From Chrysochromulina tobinii (taxonomy: Eukaryota): a stretch of 43,614 nucleotides of DNA. This document shows, piece after piece, positions 8,425 to 19,300 of this stretch. The stretch is taken from positions 1 to 43,614 of the forward strand of contig JWZX01003324.1 in the NCBI GenBank assembly GCA_001275005.1, given 5' to 3'. The position numbers and the translations under genes were made by a program. Position 1 is the stretch's first letter. Each line of letters begins with the position of its first letter. The notes beneath the pieces were generated by a model, which was not told the origin of the DNA, searched no databases, and saw only the letters and a program-made list of their open reading frames with translations.

Positions 8425-10779
8425 AACCGCGTCTGCCTTGTATTCGGCCGCGCTCTTGCCGCTCGTGCTCCCGTATTGAAAGCGACCAGCGGCCGCAGAG
8501 CCGTTGGAGAAACCACTCGTGTAGGCATCGGAGATGGCCTGGCCAGCGGCTGGAGAGGCCGAGGGTGAGGAGGTCTTCTTAGCGACAGGCGTCTTGTACG
8601 GATACTTTTGGGCCTGCAGATCCAGGTGACGCATGTACGCGGCGTTTGAGGCGGCCGAGAGGAGGAAGGCCCTGGTGGGCTTTGCCCATCCCGCATCACA
8701 CGCCGCACACCGAGGGTGCTTGAGAACCCACTGATGGAGCTCCGCGAGCTGCGCACGCAGCTGGTGGGCTTCTTCGGCCGCCGCGTGTGCCGCCATACGA
8801 TCGATCCCGGCATTGTCGAGCGCGCGCTGCTTCTCATCGAGCGCCGTCTCGAGCGTCTGCACCCGCGCCGAGTGTGCCTGCATCGCCCGTCGCGCATCGT
8901 TCGCGTTTACGCCGTTGAGCTCGGCGAGCGCCTCGCTCATGCGGTCGTTGGCACCGCGCGCCGCGCTCAGCTCCGTTCGAAGACCCTCCACCTCCGCCAC
9001 GGCGCCCTGATGCTTGAGACGGTACTCCTCGTACGAGCCCGTCATCTTTTGGAGCTGCTCCTTCTGGAACTGGAGCTGCTCTTGGTTGAGCTGCAGCTGG
9101 ATCTCGACGCGCGCGAGCTCGGTCGCCGCACGCGTCGCCGTCTCGGTCAGTCGTGTCGTGTCGGCTGCATGCTGCTCCTGCAGCGCCGACAGCCTCGCTT
9201 CGGCTCGCTCGATCTCGACGCCAAGCGCCGCCGCCTCCGCGCGCGCCGTGTGCCCTTCATTGCGCAGCCTCACGATCTCAACCGTCGCCTTGTCCATATC
9301 AGCCTTGAACGCAGCACTCTGTTCTTCGAGCGACTTGCGGAACCGTTGGCCCTGCTCCCGGATGAGCACATCACTCGCGTCCTTGGCTTGAGTGAGCGCC
9401 GCGGTGTGCTCGCGGGTGGTGCGCGCGGCCGCCCGCTCCATGGACGTGATGAGCTCGCGAGCGGCGTTCACCTTCTCCGTCTCGTGCTTGAGCTCGATTG
9501 CAATCTGCGCCACCTTCTCATCGGCACGCCTCTCCACGTCAGCCCGCGCACGCTCATAAGCGATCTGACGCTCTGAGAGGTCCCTCCGCAAGCGCTCAAG
9601 CTCGTCGGTCGTCGATTTGAGGCTCACCTCGAGCGTGCTCACCTTGCGCTCGTACTCGAGAAGCAGTGCGTTCCGCTCCGACATCCACTCGCGCTGCGCC
9701 GTCGTGAGCGCTTGGTCGATGGCGCTCGCCGCTCGCCGCCTCTCAGCGTCCAGCTGCAGCCGGAGGCCCGCCCGCTCCTCGGCAGCGCGCGCCTCAGCCT
9801 TGGCGACCGCCTCAGCGCGCGAGGCACGCGCCTCCTCGAGCACTTGCCGCTGCCGCTCGGCCGCGTGTCTCTCGCGCTCCTTGAGCACCTCCGTGAGCTC
9901 CGCTTGCTGTTCGAGTAGCACCTTCTCTGCCGCGGCCGCCTGCGCCTGCATCGCCCGATCAAGCTTATAGGCCGCGGCAGCCGCCTCCTCGGCCGCCGCG
10001 CTCGCAGCTGCGGCCGCTCCCTCTGCCACCTCAGCCCGGTGCTTCTCGTCCAGGCGCACTGCGCGCTCGCTCCCCAGTTCCGTACGCAGATGCTGCACCT
10101 CGGATCTCCATTTGGCGAGCTCCGCATCGGTGCGCTGCTCCGTTTGCGACTTGAGTGCTTCCGCCGATCGCGCGGCGGCCTCGGCGGCGGCCGCGCGCAT
10201 GCGCGCGCGCTCCGCCTCCGCGACCGCCTCAGCGCGCGCACGCCTCGCCGCCTCCGCGTCGGAGCGCTCGCGCCGCGCAGCCGCGAGCACCGAGTCTGCC
10301 TCGAGCTCCGCGGCGTCGGCGGCCTCGCGCTCGAGGCCCGCCTGCCACCATGCGCTCGCCGCCTCGGCCTCGGCCGCTGAAAGCGCCGCGTTCGCATCAC
10401 GCTGCGTAGCAGCGAGCGTCGCGCGCAGCCGGGCAGCCGCCGATGCAGCCCAGCGTTCCTCATCAGCCCGCTCCGCCCAGCGATCCGCGGCTGTCCGAAG
10501 GTGGTCCGCCGACGACAGCAGCTCGCTCGCGCGCATGCGCAAGCGCGACGCTTCGGGCGAGGGTGATCGCGAGGGCGAGCGCAATGGAGAGCGCGACGGC
10601 CTGTACGCCGTGTCCAATGTCTGGGCAGACGACGGAGGTGAGACCCACACGTTCGACGGCCGGTGACGAGTGTACTCAGCCGTGTGTGGCAATCCCGAGG
10701 TCTCCCTCGGCGAATAGAGACCGCGTGCCCGCGGTGGAGAGGTGGACTTGCGCGGGCTGTCCATGTCGTACGAAGACAT
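8242..10779 (-). CDS. Long coiled-coil protein of unknown function
   Basis: 904-aa ORF; probable start MSSYDMDSPRK at 10779. SP-rich N-terminus, long A/E/R-rich heptad region, a CxxC (RCAACD) and a poly-Ala (gcc)n near the C-terminus. Confidence 0.7.
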
Positions 10780-11179
10780 GAGAGCTCTGAGCGCGTGCAG
10801 GTCGAGCGCGTGCAGAATGCACGCTGGGAGGGCTCTGCTCTGCTCTGACGATCGTTTCGAAACTGCGAAAAACCATGTAACAGACCGCCGCGGTGCTCGG
10901 TTTTCCGGCCCGCGGATCTCGTTTAAAAATGAATGTGGGGGATTATCGGAGTCCACATGGAATGATTGAACCTCAAAGTACCGATGCTCGATGTGAAAAA
11001 TGCGGTCCCGCTCCCGCCGCGCTCAGACGCACATCGTCGGCTGACCCGAGGACGGGGCGTCCTCCCGTTACACCGCGGAATATTCCAAACGCCGCCGCGG
11101 TGTGCGCACCGCTTGCTCGGTGACACGTGCAGTCGTGCCACTGCCACTGCCCCCATGCCCAACCTCCTCCACGGTCGAG

Positions 11180-12217
11180 TCAGCTGACGTCGGGCGCGAG
11201 GGGCGGCGGCTCCGGCGGCAGATCGTCGAGTAAGGGCGGCGGCTCGCTCTCAGGGTCAGCCTTTGCGATGACGGCCTTCTCGAGGGCCTCGGCCACCTGC
11301 TGCGCCGCCGCGTCCAGCGCGGACTCCATTTGCAACGCCGCGGCGTCGCCACTCCCTTTGCCGCTGCCGATCCCGCCAGCCGCGGCGAGCTCATCCAGCC
11401 CGCGCTGCACCACCTGGCTTGCTCGCTCGCAGCCGACGAAGCGGGCGATGGACCAGTCGGTGCCAGTCTGAGAAAAAGGCGCGAGCATTGTCCGCACGAG
11501 CAGGCGCAAGTCGAGCACCTGGAGCGCTCGAGGAGGCGGCCCAGGCTTCCCCACAGCCCTCCAAGTGAGCGTAAGCCCCTCGTGCGTGAAAAAAGCGGGG
11601 AGGACAGTTGGCGACTGAAGCTCCTCGCATAGAATCACCGGGATCTGCCAGTAACTAGGCAGCCCCGCCTTGTCGAGCTGCTGCACAAGGTGCGAGCGCA
11701 TGTCTTTCGTGAGAGCCGCCGATCCGCGGACCACAAATGGATGGTCGCCCTCGGCGTCCGCCCAGCCGACAACGAGCGCGAAGGCGTGCCCAAGCGGCAT
11801 GGCACCGAGAACGAGGTTGAGGTCGGCGCACGCTTGCTGCGCCTGCACTAGCGACCGCTGTGCCTCGTCCGGATCGATGAAGAAAGCACACACCGGCTCT
11901 GGCGACTGGGTACCATCGCTGTCGGAAAAGGTCATTGGCATGAATCGCTTCGCGCCACTCGAGGTGTGGTGGTTCATGATGGCGAACGTGGGTACAACGT
12001 CCAGTTTTGCAACGAGCTCTTGTATGCTCAGCTGCGGCACCTGTACAGCGGCTTGCGGAGCAGACCATGACGGCTTTGCCTTGGCTTTTGTGTTGGTCGA
12101 GCGTTCAGGCTGCGTGCTCCTCGGCACCGCGCGCTCCTCGGCGGCCCTGGCGACGGCAGCCGCGAGCAACAAGTCCTCGTCCTCGGCTACGAGTGAGCTT
12201 TTCGGTTTCTTGCCCAT
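11180..12217 (-). CDS. TIC22: Tic22-family protein
   Basis: Tic22-like motif order: LSIQELVAKLDVVPTFAIMN, FFIDPDEAQRSL, AMPLGHAF, IPVILCEEL, LPAFFTHEGL, LQVLDLRLLV. Probable start MGKKPK at 12217. Confidence 0.65.
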   Translation of the reverse strand: MGKKPKSSLVAEDEDLLLAAAVARAAEERAVPRSTQPERSTNTKAKAKPSWSAPQAAVQVPQLSIQELVAKLDVVPTFAIMNHHTSSGAKRFMPMTFSDSDGTQSPEPVCAFFIDPDEAQRSLVQAQQACADLNLVLGAMPLGHAFALVVGWADAEGDHPFVVRGSAALTKDMRSHLVQQLDKAGLPSYWQIPVILCEELQSPTVLPAFFTHEGLTLTWRAVGKPGPPPRALQVLDLRLLVRTMLAPFSQTGTDWSIARFVGCERASQVVQRGLDELAAAGGIGSGKGSGDAAALQMESALDAAAQQVAEALEKAVIAKADPESEPPPLLDDLPPEPPPLAPDVS

Positions 12218-12466
12218 GTCTCGGCCGTCCGCGTTTCTCCTTCCACGCGCGAGGAGCGAGCGAGGACGCCCGCGGCGGCGTCGATCGATGCGGTGAAACA
12301 CGGAGATACCGGGTATGCATCTCGTTTCCGCGGCACCGAGGTCGTTTTGTATCATACATGTACGAACAAAGGCGCCTCAGAACAGACATCTGAACACATT
12401 CGTGTTTTGTGAAAGTCTGTTCCTGGAACTTCCTCATTGTGCGAGCACGCTTCTCCCGCAACCGCG

Positions 12467-12925
12467 ATGGCGCAGCTCATCCTTGTCTCAGCGAGTTTGA
12501 CCGGCTTCGTGCCCGGCTTTGTGCAGCTGCAGCGATCGTCAGCAGCAGCCCACAAATCGGTGCGGATGCAAGACATGTGGGTCCCACCGAAAGATCTTGG
12601 TCCACTGCCAGATCTCAAAGGCTTGTTTCCCAGTGACGTGCAGTTCCTTGATGTCGATGGCGAGGAGCTCACCTTTCGCAGCAACGAAAACGGTGCAACG
12701 GTGCAGTACTGGGTAAACGGCAAGGGTCGTATGCGATCCGCTTCAATCAGAGAGGTAGACGGTTCGCTACAGATCAGTGGGACCATCAAGAAGCCAGTGC
12801 CACTCTTCTCACTCATCGGATTCAACCTCGAGGATTTTGTGACAGATGTTGCCACTCCGAAGGATCCTGCAGTCATGAAACAGGCTATGGCGCTCGTCGG
12901 ACGTGCGCCGCGAGAGGTCGTTTGA
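12467..12925 (+). CDS. Small unknown protein with a bipartite plastid-type presequence
   Basis: MAQLILVSASLTGFVPGFVQLQRSSAAAHKSVRM gives a hydrophobic signal, a GF-type cleavage motif and an S/A/R-rich transit-like peptide, followed by a globular-looking domain. Confidence 0.55.
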   Translation: MAQLILVSASLTGFVPGFVQLQRSSAAAHKSVRMQDMWVPPKDLGPLPDLKGLFPSDVQFLDVDGEELTFRSNENGATVQYWVNGKGRMRSASIREVDGSLQISGTIKKPVPLFSLIGFNLEDFVTDVATPKDPAVMKQAMALVGRAPREVV

Positions 12926-13405
12926 CGACCGGATGTTGAAGGGAGGGGCGACGCGGCAGACCCGCAGACGAATGGTGTAGTGTGAATGAGTGCACAGCTG
13001 CATTGGATTAAGATGCCGTGCCCATATGGCTGAAGCAGAGTGCGCATCTGTAAAGTGAATGCACATAAAATGAGTACCACCCTTTTTCATAGCATCCGTA
13101 GTATATAACCTAATCCCCGAGATCTCACCGAAAACCAAGCGCCGCAACGGCGCAAGCCAACCGGATCAGCAAGCCGAAGATCCCTGCGAAGATCACGCAA
13201 GCCAAGCTAGCCGTCGTGAGCGTAGAGGCGGCACGCCCGCTCGCCCGCAGGCCCACCCCTCTTCCATTAGACAAGATCAGCCCGGCCCGCGAGCTCCGCC
13301 CTGCCTGCGCCCTGGGCCCTCCACTCTCCGCCCAGAGCGCCTGCTGTCACGAGGGCCCTAGGCTGTCCCATGGGCCGCAATCGCCCGCACAACGAGCGCA
13401 GCTGT

Positions 13406-16172
13406 TCAAGCGACCGCGACGCTGCGCCGTCGCTCGGGCGATCTCGGTGCACGGCGGCTCAGCTGTGACGATGTGGCCGCAGGGGGATGCCCTTTGCCGG
13501 CGGCGGTACCTGCAAGGCTGTGCGCGGCACCGATGAATCGGGCTGCGCGCTCGGCGATCATGTTGGTGGGGAGCGCCAGCTGCGCGCCTGGGATCCGTGG
13601 CATGACGCTTGCGTCGACCACACGCAGCCCGCGGATGCCTCGCACGCGCAATTGCTCGTCCACAACGTGCCCAAGGCAGCAGCCCCCTGAGAGGCCGTTG
13701 GCCGAGTGCAGCGTCTCTCGGATGTACGCGTCCACGGCGGCGTCGCTCTGCACGTGCGCGCCAGGGTACACCTCGTCCAGGCTCACTTCGCCCAGTGCAC
13801 CGGAGGTGGCGAGCTTGCGTGCGAGTTCGATGCCCCGAGCGAGCGTCTGGCTATCCTCCGGGCTTGCGAGGTAGTTACACTTGATCTCGGGGGCCACCGA
13901 AGGATCGGCACAGGTGATGCGCACAGTGCCAGTCGAGCGTGGCCGGCAAGCGATCACCTGCAGGGTGAAGCCGGAATGGCCGTGCTGCACGCCCTTGCCT
14001 AGGAGCTCATACGCTTTCACTCCATCGGGGGATGGGCCAATCCCAGGGACGAAGCGCAGCTGAAGGTCTGGGAGCGCCGCATCCTTGGCGGGGCCGCCTC
14101 GCCCATCGGCCGATTTCCCCACACCATCAGAGCGCACAAAGGCACCATGGTCGCAGAAGGTGGTGCACAGGACGCCGCCGCCGCGCACCGCCCACTTGTA
14201 CAGCGCCAGAGGCGAGATGATGTCGAGCCCTAGCCATCCGAGAGGCTTGATCTCTGACAAGCCGTCGCGGATGGCCGAGTTGAACCCAACGGTCACAGCC
14301 GGGTGATCCTGCAATCCAGCACCAACGGCCGGAAGGGCATGCCGTAGAGGCACACCAGCCGCTGCGAGCACAGACGGAGGGCCGATGCCTGAGAGCTGCA
14401 GCACCTGAGGCGACCCAAGCGCACCCGCGGCCAAGAGCACCTCTCCGCCCGGCGCGAGTCTGATCGTCGAGCAGCTCGTCGAGCTCGCCGTGGTCCGCTG
14501 GCCCACCCCGGCAGGCAAAGCGCCGGCGGCGCTCGCGTGTCGTGCTCCGATGGCGCCGACGGCGCGCAGTGCCGCGCGCATGGCATGCGCCGCGGGCTCG
14601 GGCAGGTCAGGGGTGCGCCCCGGATCCTGGATGGCCGTGGTTTGCATGCGCCGCTCGAGGTACTTTGAGATGGCGACCCAAACGGCCGCCGCTTCGGGAG
14701 TGGCGGGTGCCGGAAGCGTCGTGTTGGGCCAGGCACCCGAGTCCGCGTTTCCAAATAAGGAAGCACCCTCGAGGAGGCACTCCGCAACAGCCAAGAGTGC
14801 TGCATCAACGGCGGTGGCGTCGGAGGCCGAGGAGCGCGCGAGGTCAATCTGCGTCCGCGGCTCTGGATGGACCGCGTCTCGAAGCACATACTCGTGGTTG
14901 CCAATGAGCTTACGAGCGGCAGTTCCCCAGTCTTCGGCGGTGCACCCAACCTCAGCCGTGTGCCAATCGCGTACCTGATTATGGAGGCGATTCGAGACCA
15001 TCACTGACGATTGACGACCATCAGGAGGCAATCAGCGACCCATCCGTGACCATCAGGAGGCATTCAGTCAGGCCAACAGCAGGTAGCCAGCGGTGAGGCC
15101 AGTCGCGTACGATTGCTTTAGAGGACGCGACGCCATTCTGCTGATGCTCGGTGCGCTCGAGACGATTCGCCAGAGCCCGCCAGAGCGGGTCGCTCTTAGC
15201 CAGCGCATGGCGCACGTGCCTATGCGCGCTCTTCAATTTCGCCGCCCGCGACGCGATCGTGACCTCCTTCACAGTCACACCGACCGCCGCGAGCTTTGCG
15301 TCGCCCGCAGCAGCTGAGGCAGCGAGCTCTACGCGTGCGACTACATATCCCGTGAGGATCGTCACATTGGGTCGGGCTTGCGCGATCGTCAAGTACGAAT
15401 TTGCACCCGTCCATCGCGTTCCATTGCGCTGTGAGAGCTCAAAACGACCGAATCCGACGGTGGCGTCGCTCGCGCCTTCTACCGCGGTGGAGAGCGCCGA
15501 ACTCCAGTCATTGAAGCCTGTCGGCTTCGGCTTCAGATCCGGGTGGATGCAGCCACGCGTGTTGTCGCACGTGCGCAAGAAGCGCGCCGAGAGCTCATGC
15601 TGGTAGTTGGGCACCTGCACTTGCATGCCGCACGTCGCCATCGGCTCCTGTTGACGAAGCTCGATGCGATCAAACTCAGCGGCGATCTCGTCCGTCGACC
15701 ACCCATTCCCCCATCCCTCATAGTCCCGCGGCGAGCCGCGAAATGCGAGCTGCGCGTTGAGGCAACTCGAACCTCCGAGCAGCTTGCCGCGGCAGAGGAA
15801 GATTCGTCTGCCCAAGCAGCCCGGCTCAGCCACCGTCTGCCAGCACCAGTCAAAGGCAGGATTTCGAAAGAGCTTGAGAATGGCCCCACTGATGCGTATG
15901 AAAAGGTTGTTGGGCGATGATGTGCCCGGCTCGATGACAAGCACACGCTTCGACGCATCCTCTGAGAGCCTCGATGCCAATACCGACCCGGCCAGGCCGC
16001 CGCCAACTATTATGTAGTCCCACTCGCCATCCGGAATCGTGCTACATGTGCGAATTAGGCTGCGCCGGTTACGCCTGACTACGGCCACTACAAGTGCCAC
16101 CACCAGCAGCGTAAACAGGCCCAGTGCCATCAGCATTGCCGAAGCGAGCTTCGATCTCAACTTTGAGATCAT
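13406..16172 (-). CDS. FAP: Fatty acid photodecarboxylase-like GMC oxidoreductase; exons 16172-15111 and 14974-13406 (876 aa)
   Basis: GMC motifs: DYIIVGGGLAG, RGKLLGGSSCLN, LAPGGEVLLAAGALGSPQVLQLSGIGP, LQDHP. FAP-type motifs: TFCDHGAFVR, LPDLQLRFVPG, PDGVKAY, FTLQVIACRPRSTG, LHSAN, VVDASVMPRIPGAQ. A phase-0 GT-AG intron (14975-15110) joins the two ORFs in frame. Start could be 16172 or 16136. Confidence 0.8.
14975..15110 (-). other. Spliceosomal intron (136 bp, phase 0) in FAP-like gene
   Basis: Minus strand ...gcaatc|gtacgcgactgg...ctccataatcag|gtacgcgattgg. Contains cctcctgatggtc repeats and restores the frame between ORFs. Confidence 0.85.
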
Positions 16173-16352
16173 TCCATTTGAACAGACGAAACTTATATTG
16201 TCGAAATTCTGAGGAGGGCGCAGCTTCCCAGTTCACTGCCCATGGGGAGGGAGCCGACTCCAGCTTGTCCGTAACCACTTTCTCAAGCTTGAGCTTCCGC
16301 GTCGTCGCTTCACGGGGTCGCGAATCCGCGCTGCGGCCGAATAGGTGGAGCC

Positions 16353-19300
16353 ATGCCGGCCATCATTCCCGATGGCGCGGCCGTTTGGATCAAGGATACG
16401 AACAAGGACAGTGTCGAACCCTTTGTCAAGGCGAAGGTAGTCAAATATACCGAGGGCCGTGGCTACACGATGTTCACGTCCGACGGCAAGGAGAAGATCG
16501 TGCGCCCAGTAGACTGTGCGCAGGCCAATCCTGATGGTATGTCGGCGCCCGACAATTGCTACCTGATCCACATTTCAGAGTCGACGATCCTCGCCAACAT
16601 GAAGGCGCGCTTTGCGAACAAGCTCATCTACACGTACACGTCCAACATCCTGATTGTCCTCAACCCTTTCCAGCCGCTTCCCATCTACGGCAACGACAAG
16701 ATGCAGCCGTACGTGAGCAAGCCGCTCGGGATAGCAGAACCGCACACGTACGCCATGGGCGAGGAGGCGTACAAGACGCTCGTCAAGACCCAGCGCAACC
16801 AGGCGCTCGTCGTCTCGGGTGAGTCAGGCGCCGGCAAGACGGAGACAAATAAGCATTTGATGACATTCCTCGCGTGGCGCTCCAAGTCGGAGACGGTGGG
16901 CAACGACATTGCTCAGGTGATGCTGCTGGCCAACCCGGTGCTTGAAGCTGTCGGCAACGCCAAGACCATGCGTAACAACAACTCGTCGCGCTTTGGAAAG
17001 TTCGTCAAGATCGCCATGTCAGAGAGGGGCGGCGTACTCGGCGCGGTGACGAACAAGTATCTGCTCGAGAAGTCGCGCGTGCCCTTCCAGTCGGCAGGCG
17101 AGCGCAACTACCACGTCTTCTACCAGCTCGTCGCGGGGCACAAGGGCAAGGCCGCGCTCGCCCTCGATAAGGGCGCGAGCTCGTTCCACTATCTCAACCA
17201 GTCCGGGACGACCGAGGTCAAAGGCGTCAACGATGCGGCGGACTTTGAGAGGCTGTGCTCGGCGATGGCGAGCACTAATATGGGCGGATCCGACCAGGAA
17301 GACATTTTCAAGCTCTTCGCCGCGCTGCTCCACTTGGGCAACATCAAGTTCAATCCGGGCTCGGATGAGGCCTCGATCTCGAGCGCGACGAGCGCCGCGC
17401 TCGCCAAGGGCGGGAGAGCTCTTCCAGGTACGCACGGACAGCACCCAGTGCACCCGAATCCGGGGGCCGTAGCCCCATCGTCCCTTGAGCGTGCCTCCCA
17501 CACAGCCCGCCGCCACCCGCCCGACCGCCGTCTCCCGATGAGTGCGTCCCTGATTGCGCGCGCCATCCCCGCGTCTTCGCAGGTGTCGAACCTCCAAAAG
17601 TGCCTGTGCGAGCGCACGATGACGACCATGGGCGAGACGATTGCGACCAAGCAGACGCCCGCGAAGGCGGCGCTCGCGCGCGATGCCCTCGCTAAGTCGT
17701 GCTACGCGCGTCTCTTCGATTTTATCGTCGAGCGCATCAACCTCTCCATGCGAGGAGCGGCCAAGGAGACGTCGACGTTCATCGGGCTGCTCGACGTGTA
17801 TGGCTTCGAGTCGTTCGCGATCAATACGTACGAGCAGCTGTGCATCAACTTTGCAAACGAGAAGCTGCAGCAGTTCTTTCTTCGCTTCGTCTTCAAGGCG
17901 GAAGAGGACCTGTACCGTTCCGAGAATGTCGCGTGGACCAAGATCGAGTATCAGGACAACCAGGGGTGCATCGACTTGATCGAGAAGATGCCTACGGGCG
18001 TGATGCGCTTGCTGGACGAGACGTGCAAGAAGCCCAAGGTCGAAGATAGCGCCTTCTGCTTGAGCGTGGCTGAGACGCTCAGGCGAAACGACTTTTTCAT
18101 GGATGCCCGCGGCGCTGGGCACAAGAACTACCGTCCCGACGAGGCCTTCGCCATCCGTCACTTTGCCGGCGACGTGTGCTACGTGGGCGAGGGCTTCTGC
18201 GACAAGAACAACGACACGCTGCATTCGGACTTCGTGGCGCTGTGCTCGGGCTCGGGCCACGGCGTGCTGCGCCAGCTCTTCGCGGAGGATGCGAAGGTGA
18301 AGAAGGCGAACACGTTCAATTCCGTCTCGCGTCGCTTCATCAACGATCTGAACACTTTGATGGAGGACCTCAACTCGACCAAGGCGCACTTTATCCGATG
18401 CATCAAGCCCAACAAGGAGCTCGAGGCGTTCAAGTTCACGCCGTCGCTCGTGCTCACGCAGCTGCGCTGCTCGGGCACCATAGACGCGGTGCAGCTCATG
18501 GCGGGCGCGTACCCGACGCGTATCCCGTACGACTCGATCTACAGCCGATATGCGAGTCAGATGCCCGACTTCGTTCGCAAGCTCGAGCCGCCGCTCTTCT
18601 GCGAGGCGCTCGCGCTTGCGCTAGAGATCTCAAACAAGGTCAGAGCTCTAGCTGACTGACGATCTGTTCAGATGGCCTCTGAAGGCCACTGGCTGCCTCT
18701 GATGGCCTTTGATGGCCACTGGCTGCCTCTGATGGCCTCTGATGACCACTGGCTGCCTCCCCGCTCAGCACTTCGCGCTCGGGCGCACCAAAATCTTCTT
18801 CAAGGCTGGTAAGGGGCAGGTGCTCGAGGAGCTAGCGGAGCGTGATCTCACCGAGGTGATCCCGGTCCTTGTCGCCAAGATCAAGCAGTGGGAAGTGAAG
18901 AAGAAGATGCAGGTTCGGCTGCAGGCGTACGCTCGCATGTTCATCTGGCGCAGGTACTTCAAGAGGGCGCACGTGGCGGTGCGGACTGTGCAGCACCGCG
19001 CGCGTGGACGCAAGATCCGCATCGAGTACCGCAAACGGCATCTCGCGTGGGTCGCGAAACGTGAGCGGGAAGAGGCAGAGCGTCGCAGGAAGGAGGCCGA
19101 AGAGCGAGCGCGCAAGGAGGCTGAGGAGCGGCGGCGGCAGGAAGAGGCAGCCGCGAAGGCCAGGGCCGAGGCCGAGGCAGCCGAAGCGGCCATTCGGGCG
19201 GCCAAGGACGCGGCGGCACGCGCAAAGGCCGAGGCCGAGGCGAAGGCGGCGGCTGAGGCTCAGGCAAAGGCCGATGCGGCGGCAAAGGCCGCGGCCAAAG

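Noticed and set aside
1250..16172. Esterase plus FAP as a hydrocarbon biosynthetic cluster
   Set aside because: The genes are more than 10 kb apart, separated by unrelated genes, with no evidence of co-regulation.
13406..16172. Ordinary choline dehydrogenase, or two separate or pseudogenised GMC fragments
   Set aside because: A clean phase-0 intron joins the ORFs, and the active-site motifs match FAP rather than the His/Asn pair of choline dehydrogenase.
17019..18389. 456-aa antisense ORF within myosin
   Set aside because: Antisense shadow caused by codon bias.
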